Of a stretch of DNA of 56,035 nucleotides, positions 25,436 through 34,833 are shown piece by piece. The number at the start of each line of letters is the position of its first letter. The stretch's first letter is position 1. The stretch spans positions 1 to 56,035 of the IMG/VR virus record IMGVR_UViG_3300045988_113806; one strand, written 5' to 3'. Both the position numbers and the translations under genes were made by a program. A model generated the notes under the pieces. It was given only the letters and a program-made list of their open reading frames with translations. It was not told where the DNA came from and ran no database searches. The DNA is from a virus.

Positions 25436-25515
25436 ACCGCCCGCATAAACTTTCTACCTGTTTTTGATTTCATCGTTTTCTAGGCCGTGTTTTGTTCACG
25501 CCAGGGCCATCGAAG

Positions 25516-26406
25516 TCAAAAAGGAATGTCGTTATATTGGTCATCTAGTACGGGAGCACTCTTTTTGTCTGGAATTTTCCTGTACCCTTTAGCTCTCCAG
25601 GTACGGAGAACTTTGTCGATGTACGCGATGGACCTTGCCTGGTGGTCTATAGCTTCCTTGCAAGCGGCTATACACCATTCATCGCCGTATTCGTCCGCCA
25701 GATCCAGTAATCTTTCCCTCTCGTAACTGCTTGAAAGGGGAAAGACGTTCTTGTTGTAGAAGTCCACAGTTTTAACACCTACAGGAGATTGTTTACCGTG
25801 ATTCCTTGTTAGTAGTTCTGTCTTAGAGAAGGTATTATTAAAAGCAGCAGCAGCAGCTAAACAATTATTTTTATTTTTAGAAGTAGTACCTTCTATATCT
25901 AGTTCTTCTTCTAATTCTTTTTCTTCTTCTAATTCTGTATGCGTCTCTTTAACGTCTGTAGACGGTCTCGGAGACGTCTTGGAGACGTCTCTTTTTTGAG
26001 AAGTCGTTCCTAAAAGTAGAGCTTTTTGTTTTTCCCTCCACCTTTTCTGCCGTTCATGCTTCTTTTCTTTAGCTCTTTCAATGGCTGCCGTTTCACTCTG
26101 GTACTTTGTCCAGTTTGTCAAAGCATAGGTGCCTTCAATTTTTTCCATCATTCCAAACTTTATGAAGGTTTGCAGGGCAAGTCTTACGGTATTGATATTC
26201 TCACAGAAGATACTCGCAAACATTTCTTCGTTGTAAGGAATCTCTTTTGTAAAACGAAAGACACCTTCATTGTCTGTCTTTCCGGCAAAGCAAAGAAGTT
26301 TCAGCCAGATGACAAGCATGGCTTTTCCGTCCGGCATCAATTCAATGAGTTTGATTTTCTCATCGTCAAACATGGCCGTTGATAATTTGATCCATGGCCG
26401 TCCCAT
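25516..26406 (-). CDS. phage replisome organizer / DnaD-domain replication initiation protein
   Basis: N-terminal replisome-organizer-like region; C-terminal DnaD-like YGDEWCIAACKEAIDHQARSIAYIDKVLRTWRAKG; acidic/low-complexity linker. Confidence 0.7.
   Translation of the reverse strand: MGRPWIKLSTAMFDDEKIKLIELMPDGKAMLVIWLKLLCFAGKTDNEGVFRFTKEIPYNEEMFASIFCENINTVRLALQTFIKFGMMEKIEGTYALTNWTKYQSETAAIERAKEKKHERQKRWREKQKALLLGTTSQKRDVSKTSPRPSTDVKETHTELEEEKELEEELDIEGTTSKNKNNCLAAAAAFNNTFSKTELLTRNHGKQSPVGVKTVDFYNKNVFPLSSSYERERLLDLADEYGDEWCIAACKEAIDHQARSIAYIDKVLRTWRAKGYRKIPDKKSAPVLDDQYNDIPF
25850..25995. repeat. AT-rich tract followed by two direct GGAGACGTCT repeats (each holding the palindrome AGACGTCT) and a GAGACGGTCTC near-palindrome, all inside the organizer gene; candidate origin (iterons)
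   Basis: read directly at 25951-25995; AT-rich run 25860-25930. Confidence 0.45.
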
Positions 26407-26449
26407 GATTCAACACCTCCTTTCAGTGGGGAGAAATCTCCCCACCTGG

Positions 26450-27367
26450 TTATTTGTCTCCCAGTTCTTCAGGAGTGAAAGGAGTGCCGGGGTCAATGGT
26501 GCCCTGGGGCTGTTCCTGATCCGGAGCTTCCTCTGCTTCGCTGGCGTTAACGTCCACCACATAGTCCGGCTTGTCCTCATCGTCAAAGGTACCGGTGGCA
26601 ATCGCCTGGGCTGCCCGCAGCACGGAGGGATCCGCGCTCTGATAAGTGACACTCATCAGCCCCCACTTACCGATGAGCTTGCGCATGATGGTTTTCCGCA
26701 TCATAGCGTCCGGGTTTTCCTTCCATCCCCGGCTCATGTAATTGCCGTGACGGAACTTCTTTTCGTGTGCCTCCAGCTGTTTCACGGTCATGTAAATGGT
26801 CTTTTCCATGCCGTTAATCATCTGAAAGTACCCAACATAACCGATAATGGGCGCTTTTTCCCGTTCATCTTCATCTTCGATAAATTCCAGTTCAATATCT
26901 TCCCGGAGGCGGTCATAAGATTTCAGCTCGCCAGCTCTGACATCCACAACGTTGATCCGTTTGTATACGCCAGTCCGCAGGGCCAGTTGGAGCATGCCTT
27001 TATATCCCATAATGAAGCTGGCTTCCATCCGGTTCCGCTTGCTGTTGCGGAAAGGAACAATGTACGCATATCCCAGCGCCGGGTTAATGGGAAGGTCAAA
27101 GGATGCTGCCTGGAGTGCGCTCTGAATAATGGTCACAGGAGCATCATGGAAGGCATCCATAAGCGCGCTGTCCGCGTTCATGAGGCTCACAATGCTGCTG
27201 ATGAATTGCGGGGACCGCTTACCCAGCAGTTCATCGAACCGCTTCTGATAGCCTTCCTTGCTGAGCAGCATGTTCATTAATGCCGCAGTTGATTCTTTCG
27301 CCTGCGGTTGTGTCTGGGTCATTTGTGCCTGCCGTTTCGCCATAAGTCCGCCATTGATACTAGTCAT
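26450..27367 (-). CDS. recT: RecT-family single-strand annealing recombinase
   Basis: 305 aa; ...LGYAYIVPF... core; paired with the downstream exonuclease. Confidence 0.75.
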   Translation of the reverse strand: MTSINGGLMAKRQAQMTQTQPQAKESTAALMNMLLSKEGYQKRFDELLGKRSPQFISSIVSLMNADSALMDAFHDAPVTIIQSALQAASFDLPINPALGYAYIVPFRNSKRNRMEASFIMGYKGMLQLALRTGVYKRINVVDVRAGELKSYDRLREDIELEFIEDEDEREKAPIIGYVGYFQMINGMEKTIYMTVKQLEAHEKKFRHGNYMSRGWKENPDAMMRKTIMRKLIGKWGLMSVTYQSADPSVLRAAQAIATGTFDDEDKPDYVVDVNASEAEEAPDQEQPQGTIDPGTPFTPEELGDK

Positions 27368-27381
27368 GATTTATTCCTCCT

Positions 27382-28326
27382 TTAATCTTTCACTCTCAAT
27401 GCCCGAATGGGATTGCCGACTTTCTTGCACGCTTCATATGCGTCAGGAAAATCCTTTTGCAGTTTTTTGCTGTTGATAGTTACCCGTCCGGGCTGGGGCT
27501 TCCAGGTGAATACTCGCCCGGAACAGGTTCCCACTTCGTTGTCGCCTAAGATGGTACATAGCTTGTTTTTCGCTTCTTCAAAGAAGAACTTCGCGGTATC
27601 GTAATTTTCCTTGGCCGTGTCGTATTCTTTCAAAGCATCGGCAGCTGTGGGAAGCTCCACCGGATCAGTCTGGCCACCGTGGAACTTTTCGGTTAAAGCC
27701 TTCTGGCAATCGGTGCTGCCGTCCACCGGTGGCATTTCACCACCGATTACATTCTTTTCCCAGAAATCCTTTTCCATCTGGAAAAGCAGCTTTATATCTT
27801 CCTCATTCCGCGGAATTTCTTTCTGCACATAATGCTGGCCGCCAATCAAACAAGCGATGTACCATTTGTTGATTCCCGTGACCAGCATGTAGTGCTGGCA
27901 CTGGAGATAATAACTGTCTGGGATATTATCTCCGTTCCATGCCGCTTCAGCACGTGCATTGGCCGTCTTGATTTCCAGCCCGGCATCTTCTCCTATTATC
28001 ATCCGGTCCACGTTCGCGAACAGCCATGGGTATTCGGTACTTTGGACCATGCCCTGCCGGTGGACCTTTTTCCCTGTGACTTCCGTAAACCGTTCTGCCA
28101 CAATCGGCTCCAGCTTTGTTCCCCAGAGAACGGCTTCATTGTCGGACAGATCATCCGGCTCCGCTTGTCCCGTCTTTTCCATCCAGAGCTTCCAGGCGCT
28201 TTTCCATGGATTGACACCGGCAATCACTCCGGCATCACTCCCGCCGATTCCCTTATTCCGCAGGTCAAGCCATGCTTGATGGTCTTTCATTTGCTCTACG
28301 CTCATAATGAGCTTGCAGTTCTTCAT
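27382..28326 (-). CDS. YqaJ/lambda-Exo-like recombination exonuclease
   Basis: WLDLRNKGIGGSDAGVIAGVNPW signature. Confidence 0.75.
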   Translation of the reverse strand: MKNCKLIMSVEQMKDHQAWLDLRNKGIGGSDAGVIAGVNPWKSAWKLWMEKTGQAEPDDLSDNEAVLWGTKLEPIVAERFTEVTGKKVHRQGMVQSTEYPWLFANVDRMIIGEDAGLEIKTANARAEAAWNGDNIPDSYYLQCQHYMLVTGINKWYIACLIGGQHYVQKEIPRNEEDIKLLFQMEKDFWEKNVIGGEMPPVDGSTDCQKALTEKFHGGQTDPVELPTAADALKEYDTAKENYDTAKFFFEEAKNKLCTILGDNEVGTCSGRVFTWKPQPGRVTINSKKLQKDFPDAYEACKKVGNPIRALRVKD

Positions 28327-28805
28327 GATTCTTCCTTTCTCACTACATCCATACCGGCTTCCAGCCCCAGGAGGTATGACCGCATCCAGGCTATAATTTC
28401 CCGTTGCTGTTTTTCGCTGCCTTCTCTGAGCACGTCCTTAACGGCTATGTTCAGCTTCGCGATTAAGTCAATCGTAGAAGGCGTTGCTTTAACAACGTTT
28501 CTAGGGGGGGTGGCAGCTTCATCCGTTGCTTGCACGGGAGCTTCTGCCACCTTTACCGCAGGTATCCTTTCTCCGTATACAACCCGCATTGGCTCTATCG
28601 ACGTTACATCGTCCGGAATATCCAATATCTGCCGAACTTTTTGTGCCATTAGATAACTGCTGGGCAGTCGATTCAATCTTTCGCAATAATTCCAGCTGCC
28701 AGCCAGCATGCCAATCTTGTGTGCGAAGGCTGTCGCCGTCTTGTATCCCTTGCTTTTCCTTCTGTCCTTCAGGGAGAAGGCGGGATGCCATTCTGGTCCT
28801 CTCAT
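28323..28805 (-). CDS. HTH-containing hypothetical protein (160 aa)
   Basis: KTATAFAHKIGMLAGSWNYCERLNRLP. Confidence 0.4.
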   Translation of the reverse strand: MRGPEWHPAFSLKDRRKSKGYKTATAFAHKIGMLAGSWNYCERLNRLPSSYLMAQKVRQILDIPDDVTSIEPMRVVYGERIPAVKVAEAPVQATDEAATPPRNVVKATPSTIDLIAKLNIAVKDVLREGSEKQQREIIAWMRSYLLGLEAGMDVVRKEES

Positions 28806-29209
28806 GATTTATTCCTCTCTTGCATAAGCGTTCTAACCTTCCAGGCAATCGTGAAATCAATCAGTTCCTGGTAAGTCATGTAGCTTTTATGGGATTCCTT
28901 CTTCGGCAGGTATCCTTCCCGGCCTTCCTTCTCACAACCGCTGATGTAGTTTGCATCCTTCTGTGCAAGGACCCGGCTGTCGTAATACTTGACAGTGCCT
29001 TCCCTGGTGTAAACGTCCGTGTAGTTTACCGTCTGCACCATCTTGACGTTCCGCTCCAAGTGGTATGTGCCGTCCTGATCCTTGACCACCTTCCAGCCGG
29101 AACGGCTTATTTCCAGTGCCTTGTTTGCCATATTGCGCCTCCTGTGTGGTATAATGAGGCTATAACTCTTGTGTAAGAGTCTTTTCTCATTATTTCCCCG
29201 TGTCGCCAC
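28802..29209 (-). CDS. hypothetical protein (start likely internal, MANKALEIS...)
   Basis: ORF track. Confidence 0.4.
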   Translation of the reverse strand: MATRGNNEKRLLHKSYSLIIPHRRRNMANKALEISRSGWKVVKDQDGTYHLERNVKMVQTVNYTDVYTREGTVKYYDSRVLAQKDANYISGCEKEGREGYLPKKESHKSYMTYQELIDFTIAWKVRTLMQERNKS

Positions 29210-29801
29210 ACGGGGATTTTTTTATAGTCTCTGCTTGCGTTCTCAGGATTTTTTCAATCTTTTTTGCTGCCTGGATGAAGTCTGCTCTGGACTTCTCCAT
29301 GACTCCGAACAGAGTCAACAAATCTTCGGATTCAATCGGGTTCTCCCGGATTGATTTATTTACTTTAGCCAGTTCCTTTTTAAGATACTGGCCGCAGCTT
29401 GCACAGTATTTCCGGTTCCCATTTTTTGTCTGCACAATCTGTTCACCGCACCGCTTGCAGTAAGTGATCCGCGGTTTCACGTTCTTTTTTACTGGCATTG
29501 GTGCGCGGTTCTCCGGTGAACTTTTCCATACCTTTTCAACCTTCACCGGTTTTACTTGTGAAATGTGGTTTAGCTCCACATTCCTGACTAGTGTTTTCAC
29601 GTCCGCTTCCGGCAACAGTTTTAAGATTTTGGTCAACGGAGTGTTGAACCACCTCTCATACTCCGGAGACTGGAAATATTCCAGGGCCTCCGGATCAGTG
29701 GGATCCTTCTTTAGCTTGCGGAGAAACCCCAGCATGATTCCCTGTGCCATTCCGCCCACATCACGGAACTCCTCCGATTCCATTTGATCCCGTTCAATCA
29801 T
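29190..29801 (-). CDS. zinc-ribbon protein (203 aa)
   Basis: CKRCGEQ...CASCGQY. Confidence 0.45.
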   Translation of the reverse strand: MIERDQMESEEFRDVGGMAQGIMLGFLRKLKKDPTDPEALEYFQSPEYERWFNTPLTKILKLLPEADVKTLVRNVELNHISQVKPVKVEKVWKSSPENRAPMPVKKNVKPRITYCKRCGEQIVQTKNGNRKYCASCGQYLKKELAKVNKSIRENPIESEDLLTLFGVMEKSRADFIQAAKKIEKILRTQAETIKKSPCGDTGK

Positions 29802-29813
29802 GGCTGCCTCCTT

Positions 29814-30197
29814 TCAGTTCATCATGTCTTTAAAACCAGAATCCAGAATGGTTTTCACTTCTGCATGGTTGAATCCCATGCCCTTCAATATCATCTCAAC
29901 TACTCTTTGAAGAACTTCCAGTTCAACTTCTGGAGGCAGTTCTTCTTTCTTAATCGTGTTTACCAGCAGCCCGGAGGACACTGCAAGGCCCATACTCAGC
30001 CCCAGGTTATCCGTCATTCTGATGTCCGGTTCGATGTCCTCCCGTTCTTCTTCGCCATCTTCAATATCAGTGGCCGCGATAAAGAACTGCTTGAAACCTG
30101 CGTCCTTCAGGGCTTTTTCAGCTTTCTTGAAAGCTGGCCCGTTTGAAGCTGTCCTATTGAATTTCATTATCTTCACCCCCAAATAGCCATAGAGCAA
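29814..30197 (-). CDS. hypothetical protein (start likely MKFNRT..., ~30167)
   Basis: ORF track. Confidence 0.45.
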   Translation of the reverse strand: MLYGYLGVKIMKFNRTASNGPAFKKAEKALKDAGFKQFFIAATDIEDGEEEREDIEPDIRMTDNLGLSMGLAVSSGLLVNTIKKEELPPEVELEVLQRVVEMILKGMGFNHAEVKTILDSGFKDMMN

Positions 30198-30391
30198 ATG
30201 AAAATAAACATGCCGACTGCCCCGAAGAATCCGAATACAAATCCCTGAAAGCGCGGGCCCAATGTTTCGAACCCTTCTGCAATTACGTCAATCGCCCAAG
30301 CCAACAGGCTTAATACCATACGGATCACGATGTACGGCAGCAGGACTAGCGACACAAGAAGCGGCGCGTTCTTTCTCTGTTTTCTTTCCAT
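30173..30391 (-). CDS. small membrane protein (72 aa, 2 TM)
   Basis: RBS AGGGGGC before ATG; hydrophobic. Confidence 0.5.
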   Translation of the reverse strand: MERKQRKNAPLLVSLVLLPYIVIRMVLSLLAWAIDVIAEGFETLGPRFQGFVFGFFGAVGMFIFICSMAIWG

Positions 30392-30465
30392 CTTTATGCC
30401 CCCTTTTATTGGCTAGCCAGGCCAGGTATTCGGCCTGGTGAGTGTTCACGTATTCCGTTATCAGC

Positions 30466-30684
30466 TCAGCTAGCGCGTTCATTTTCTTCCTCATCCTTTT
30501 TGTTCATGAGGTCCGCATAGTGTTGAGCAACGTCCTCAGTCCCGAACTGGGCTGTCACCAAATAGGCGGCCCCGCTCCGGCTGATTTCTGCCCGGAGAAC
30601 ATTTTCAACGCCATTGGAAACGATGTAGTAATCGTCCCGTTTGACCGGCTTCCAGATTTCTTTCATTAGGTTCACCCCTTTCAC
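30466..30684 (-). CDS. hypothetical protein (72 aa)
   Basis: ORF track. Confidence 0.45.
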   Translation of the reverse strand: MKGVNLMKEIWKPVKRDDYYIVSNGVENVLRAEISRSGAAYLVTAQFGTEDVAQHYADLMNKKDEEENERAS

Positions 30685-30929
30685 GCGCTCTTTAAAAATT
30701 CCCCATTCCGCAATAAACGAATAAACTCGTTTTTCTGACCGAAAAAAATATTATCAGGGGAAATTTTATAGACTCTGGGAATTGCTTGAATGAAACTGTA
30801 CGGCGCATCAGAACTATCATCTTCCAACTTCGCAAGGGTCTGATAATGTATGCCAAACAGCGGTGCAGCTTCTTTCTGCGTATATCCGGCATTAATTCTT
30901 GCCGCTTCAAGTGTGATTTTAGCATCCAT
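30681..30929 (-). CDS. Cro-like XRE-family HTH regulator; first gene of the early operon
   Basis: ARINAGYTQKEAAPLFGIHYQTLAKLE; divergent from the CI-like gene. Confidence 0.7.
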   Translation of the reverse strand: MDAKITLEAARINAGYTQKEAAPLFGIHYQTLAKLEDDSSDAPYSFIQAIPRVYKISPDNIFFGQKNEFIRLLRNGEFLKSA

Positions 30930-30953
30930 GTTTTATCACCTCCACATGGCTTA

Positions 30954-31052
30954 ATCATAAACGAGTTTATTCGTTTTGTCAACATAAATAACGAATTTTC
31001 TCGTTTGGCCAACTCAAAAAAACTTGTTTTAAACGTTTTTATTCGTTATAAT
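30954..31052. promoter_or_regulatory. genetic-switch region. Three operators AACGA-N6-TCGTT (30960-30975, 30990-31005, 31032-31047). Leftward promoter TTGACA-17-TATGAT on the minus strand. Rightward promoter TTGTTT-17-TATAAT (31024-31052).
   Basis: read directly. Confidence 0.65.
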
Positions 31053-31085
31053 ATATCCAACAAAAGCATGAAGGAGTGAGAATAT

Positions 31086-31541
31086 ATGCCGCGTAGCAAG
31101 CTGTCTAAGTTTGAAATTTCATTACGTGAACAGATTTCCAAGAATCTAAAAAACCTGTCTGCTGGTTTAACACAGAATGAACTGTCAGAAAAGACGGGCA
31201 TCCCCACTTCTACCTTGTCGGGATACTTTGCTATGCGGTCAACACCAAATGCCGGGAACGTACAGAAAATAGCAGATGCACTTCATGTAAAGAAGTCCGA
31301 TATTGACCCGCGGTTTTCTCCAGAATTTATAAATGAGGATCAGCAGCTCAGCCCGCAGGATGAAAGAGAAATTGAATCTGACCTGGAAGATATGATGAAC
31401 TCCGTTTCTTCTGCTGCTTATGAAGAAGGGGCAGATATTGAAGATATTGAAGCCTTCACCGCTACCCTTAAAGCAGCTATGATTCAGGCTAAAAAGATTG
31501 CCAAAAAGAAGTACACTCCCAAAAAGTACCGGAAGGAGTGA
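31086..31541 (+). CDS. CI-like XRE-family repressor (ImmR-like)
   Basis: LTQNELSEKTGIPTSTLSGYF...GNVQKIADALHV; followed by the ImmA gene. Confidence 0.75.
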   Translation: MPRSKLSKFEISLREQISKNLKNLSAGLTQNELSEKTGIPTSTLSGYFAMRSTPNAGNVQKIADALHVKKSDIDPRFSPEFINEDQQLSPQDEREIESDLEDMMNSVSSAAYEEGADIEDIEAFTATLKAAMIQAKKIAKKKYTPKKYRKE

Positions 31542-31978
31542 TTGTTATGGACGTTCGGAAGAAAGTACACCAGCTTATCCGTAAATACAATACGGATAAT
31601 CCATTCAAGCTGGCTGAACTATTGGGGATCCACATCATTTACGGGAACCTGGGAGGCAAGTTAGGCAACTACCTGAAATATAAAAGGTCTAAATTCATCA
31701 TTATAGACAATGAAAGAACACCGGAGGATATGCTTTTATTCGTCTGTGCCCATGAACTAGGGCATGCTCTTTGCACGCCTACAGCCAACACTCAGTGGCT
31801 AAAGGCTTATACCATGAGCATAAACGCGGATAAAGTCGAACACACCGCTAACCAGTTCGCCGTCAGCCTGCTGCTAAATGAAAAGTATTTGTCTGAATAT
31901 CCTGATACCTCTTTGTATGACTTGGCCGCGAATAGAGGCGTGCCAAAGCAATTTATTGCCTTGTTAAAGGAGTTGTGA
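31538..31978 (+). CDS. ImmA/IrrE-family zinc metallopeptidase (anti-repressor protease)
   Basis: HELGHAL motif; 146 aa; overlaps the repressor stop. Confidence 0.8.
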   Translation: MIVMDVRKKVHQLIRKYNTDNPFKLAELLGIHIIYGNLGGKLGNYLKYKRSKFIIIDNERTPEDMLLFVCAHELGHALCTPTANTQWLKAYTMSINADKVEHTANQFAVSLLLNEKYLSEYPDTSLYDLAANRGVPKQFIALLKEL

Positions 31979-31979
31979 C

Positions 31980-32309
31980 ATGATTTTCAAGCTGTTTTTA
32001 ATGATCGCTTATTTCATTATCTGCCATATTCTGATTGCTAAATGTAAGAGTATTTCTTTCATTCTTGCGTTCGTGTTTCCCATTGTGGCATGGTTCTCGC
32101 CGCTTATCCCGCGATGGTATGTATTCATCTTGGCATTTTCTACAATATCAAACGCGTTTGGGAATCCAGGCCGGACCCCAGTATATAATCAGCCCCTCTA
32201 TATGAGGAAGTACGGGCCCATTCTTTCCATCATTGAGAACGGCCTGCTGCTTATTGGCCTTGTCTGGATGATATATTCCGGTATCACTAGTTTTATGAGT
32301 CTGTTTTAA
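31980..32309 (+). CDS. polytopic membrane protein (109 aa) in the lysogeny module; candidate superinfection-exclusion protein
   Basis: 3-4 hydrophobic segments. Confidence 0.5.
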   Translation: MIFKLFLMIAYFIICHILIAKCKSISFILAFVFPIVAWFSPLIPRWYVFILAFSTISNAFGNPGRTPVYNQPLYMRKYGPILSIIENGLLLIGLVWMIYSGITSFMSLF

Positions 32310-32321
32310 GAGGGAATTGTC

Positions 32322-33881
32322 ATGGCTCAAAGATGTGTCATATACGCGCGCTATTCGTCCGATAGACAGCGTGAAGAATCCATTGAAGGGCAGATAAGGG
32401 TATGTGAAGATTTCGCCCAGAGAAACGATTTAGAGGTCATACAGACCTATGTTGACCGTGCTCTTACTGCCAGGACGGACAGACGTCCGGCCTTCCAGCA
32501 GATGATTTCCGACTGCAAAAAGAGACAGTTCGAGTATATCCTGGTGTACAAGCTGAACCGTTTCAGCCGGAACCGGTATGACAGCGCCGTGTATAAGCAC
32601 AAGATTGCCCAGTACGGCGTGAAAGTCCTGTCTGCTATGGAACGTATCACGGATGATCCGTCCGGTATCCTGCTGGAATCTCTGATAGAAGGGATCGCGG
32701 AATACTACAGTGCAGAACTTGCGGAGAACGTACACCGGGGCATGACGGAAAATGCCCTGGAGGGAAAGGCGAACGGCCGGGCCCCTCTGGGATACAAGAA
32801 AGGCCCGGACGGGAAACTGGTCATTGATGAGCGAAGTGCGAAGGCCGTTCGTTTCATCTTTCAAAGTGTGTTGGAAGGCCGGACCCTGAAGAAGATAGCC
32901 GGGGATCTCAATGCTATGGGATATAAAAATTCTTTTGGCCGTCCATTCGCCTCCAGCAATTTCGGGAACCTGCTCAGGAATAAGAAGTATATTGGAATCT
33001 ATCACTGGGGGAATGAAGACGTTGAAGGCGTAGTTCCTCCCATTATTGAGCGGGCAGTCTTTGATAAGGTCCAGGAGCTTATAGAATCCCGAAAGCACAA
33101 GAGTACAAGAAAGAGAGTGGAGAACTACCTTTTAACTGGCAGAATGACTTGTGGCCTTTGTGGGGCCGCCTACATCGGGAAAAGCGGGACTAGTCACACC
33201 GGGGCACCATATGCCTATTACTGCTGTTCTAATCGCGTACACAGAAAAGGATGCAAGGGAAAGAACTACCGGCAGGACAAGCTGGAAGAATGGATAGCGA
33301 TGGAGACATTGAAGGCCCTTAACCGGCCGGAGACCATACGGCAGCTGGCCAAACAGATTATCCGAATACAGGAGGCGGCAGCAGGCGAACCGGATCCCGT
33401 TGTAGACAACCTGGAAGCGGAATTAAAGGACTATAAAAAGCGGGTGGCAAATTCCATTAAAGCGATAGAGGCCGGAGTCATATCGGAAACAATCTCCAGA
33501 AATATCACAGAGTATGAAGAAAAAATTAAGGCCCTGGAGAAAGAGCTCTCCAGGGCAAAACTGAAACGTCAGCCATTCACATTGACGCAGGATCATATTG
33601 AATTTTTCCTCACATCTTTGCTGGCCGGTGATCCGGCAGATGCTAAATACCGCAGCCAGCTCATTGACACCTTGATAGCCGGGGTGGTTATTTATCCGGA
33701 CAAAATCGAAGTGTACTACAAATACCAAAAAGAACTTCCTTCACTCCGGAATCCGCTCACGATTTCAGAAGAAGGAAGTTCGAATGGGAAAAAGTTGGTG
33801 GGCAAGGTTCACCTCAGTGCGAACCTTGAAATACGGATCGGGAAAGGCTGGTTCTCCATCGTCTATCCTATTGCAGCATAA
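32322..33881 (+). CDS. int: large serine recombinase (integrase)
   Basis: YARYSSDRQ catalytic serine motif; recombinase domain; zinc ribbon CGLCG...YYCCSNRVHRKGCKG; C-terminal coiled coil. Confidence 0.9.
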   Translation: MAQRCVIYARYSSDRQREESIEGQIRVCEDFAQRNDLEVIQTYVDRALTARTDRRPAFQQMISDCKKRQFEYILVYKLNRFSRNRYDSAVYKHKIAQYGVKVLSAMERITDDPSGILLESLIEGIAEYYSAELAENVHRGMTENALEGKANGRAPLGYKKGPDGKLVIDERSAKAVRFIFQSVLEGRTLKKIAGDLNAMGYKNSFGRPFASSNFGNLLRNKKYIGIYHWGNEDVEGVVPPIIERAVFDKVQELIESRKHKSTRKRVENYLLTGRMTCGLCGAAYIGKSGTSHTGAPYAYYCCSNRVHRKGCKGKNYRQDKLEEWIAMETLKALNRPETIRQLAKQIIRIQEAAAGEPDPVVDNLEAELKDYKKRVANSIKAIEAGVISETISRNITEYEEKIKALEKELSRAKLKRQPFTLTQDHIEFFLTSLLAGDPADAKYRSQLIDTLIAGVVIYPDKIEVYYKYQKELPSLRNPLTISEEGSSNGKKLVGKVHLSANLEIRIGKGWFSIVYPIAA

Positions 33882-33885
33882 AAAA

Positions 33886-33938
33886 TCGGGGACAACATTA
33901 GAAAATGTTATCCCCGCAAAGCAGTTCCCTGCTTTTCC
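33886..33938 (+). terminator. tandem hairpins + T-run after int
   Basis: CGGGGACAACATT agaa AATGTTATCCCCG, then GCAGTTCCCTGCTTTTCC. Confidence 0.55.
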
Positions 33939-34157
33939 TTGGCTTATTAAATAAAGGCGGAGACGGCCTACACACCGCAGTGTGTTGTTCTAGAAATCTC
34001 CACCTCGCTCCCGGCAAAGGAGTGCTCAGCTCTAATGCCTACCCCATTCTGGGACCCAGCCGGGAACCACTATAGTAATATTATTATACCACATTAAACT
34101 ATATTTGGATATTTAAAATTTCATTCAAGCAAAACGGGTAATTTCTTGGATATTATA

Positions 34158-34721
34158 TCACGGTTTAGAAAACCACAAACGATTTGCAATCATGGCCCGG
34201 TGTTCATTGTCTAGGCTTCTCTGGATTTTCCAGCCCAGGTAAATTTTCCATTTCCAGCCATTCTTGATTTCAGATTCGCACTTGAATGCCCAGGTGCTTC
34301 CCTGGTGGCAGAAATACCAATCTTTCCCTGTCTTTTGTTGAACGGGTGGCGTAACGTCACGCCCAAAAAGGTAGAAAGCGAAACCATAGGCGCAGTTGCG
34401 ATAGAGCCAGTGACAACGACAAAAGTATCTCCGGATCCTGTCAGCCAGGCCGAACGGTTCAACTAGCTGCTCAACATACCGTGTTTGTCCTTTTTCCGTC
34501 ACCTTGCTCTGGGTATAGTGCGAATCCCAGTCATATTGCAAAAAGCTGGGCATCCGGCCTACGTCCGTTTTGTTGTCCAGGGTATCGTCCCAAGTCTGCC
34601 ACAGTCTCAAGAAGACAGGCAATTCGCCTTCCTCGTTTGCGAAAATCACTACAAGCCAATTCGTTAAGTAGCATATCACCATACACACCATCTGCAAGGC
34701 GGCGTATATAAACCATTTCAT
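34158..34721 (-). CDS. Trp/Cys-rich membrane-anchored protein (187 aa); moron-position gene
   Basis: N-terminal TM; located after lysin and its terminator, next to the int/attP region. Confidence 0.45.
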   Translation of the reverse strand: MKWFIYAALQMVCMVICYLTNWLVVIFANEEGELPVFLRLWQTWDDTLDNKTDVGRMPSFLQYDWDSHYTQSKVTEKGQTRYVEQLVEPFGLADRIRRYFCRCHWLYRNCAYGFAFYLFGRDVTPPVQQKTGKDWYFCHQGSTWAFKCESEIKNGWKWKIYLGWKIQRSLDNEHRAMIANRLWFSKP

Positions 34722-34736
34722 ATTGTTCTCCTTCTG

Positions 34737-34807
34737 ACCTCAAATTCTGCGATTTTTGAGGTCTGAATTTTTTCAAACCTCAAATTTCCCGATTTTTGAG
34801 GTTTGCT
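34737..34807. repeat. two tandem ~28-bp direct repeats, each a hairpin (ACCTCAAATT...TTTGAGGT)
   Basis: CCTCAAATTCTGCGATTTTTGAGGTCTG and CCTCAAATTTCCCGATTTTTGAGGTTTG. Confidence 0.6.
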
Positions 34808-34833
34808 TCCGAAATCAATTTCGGTGGCAAACT

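Noticed and set aside
30288-30494. 68-aa track ORF overlapping the 30173..30391 membrane gene
   Set aside because: 104-nt out-of-frame overlap. The membrane gene has a strong RBS, so this ORF is kept only as a possibility and not called.
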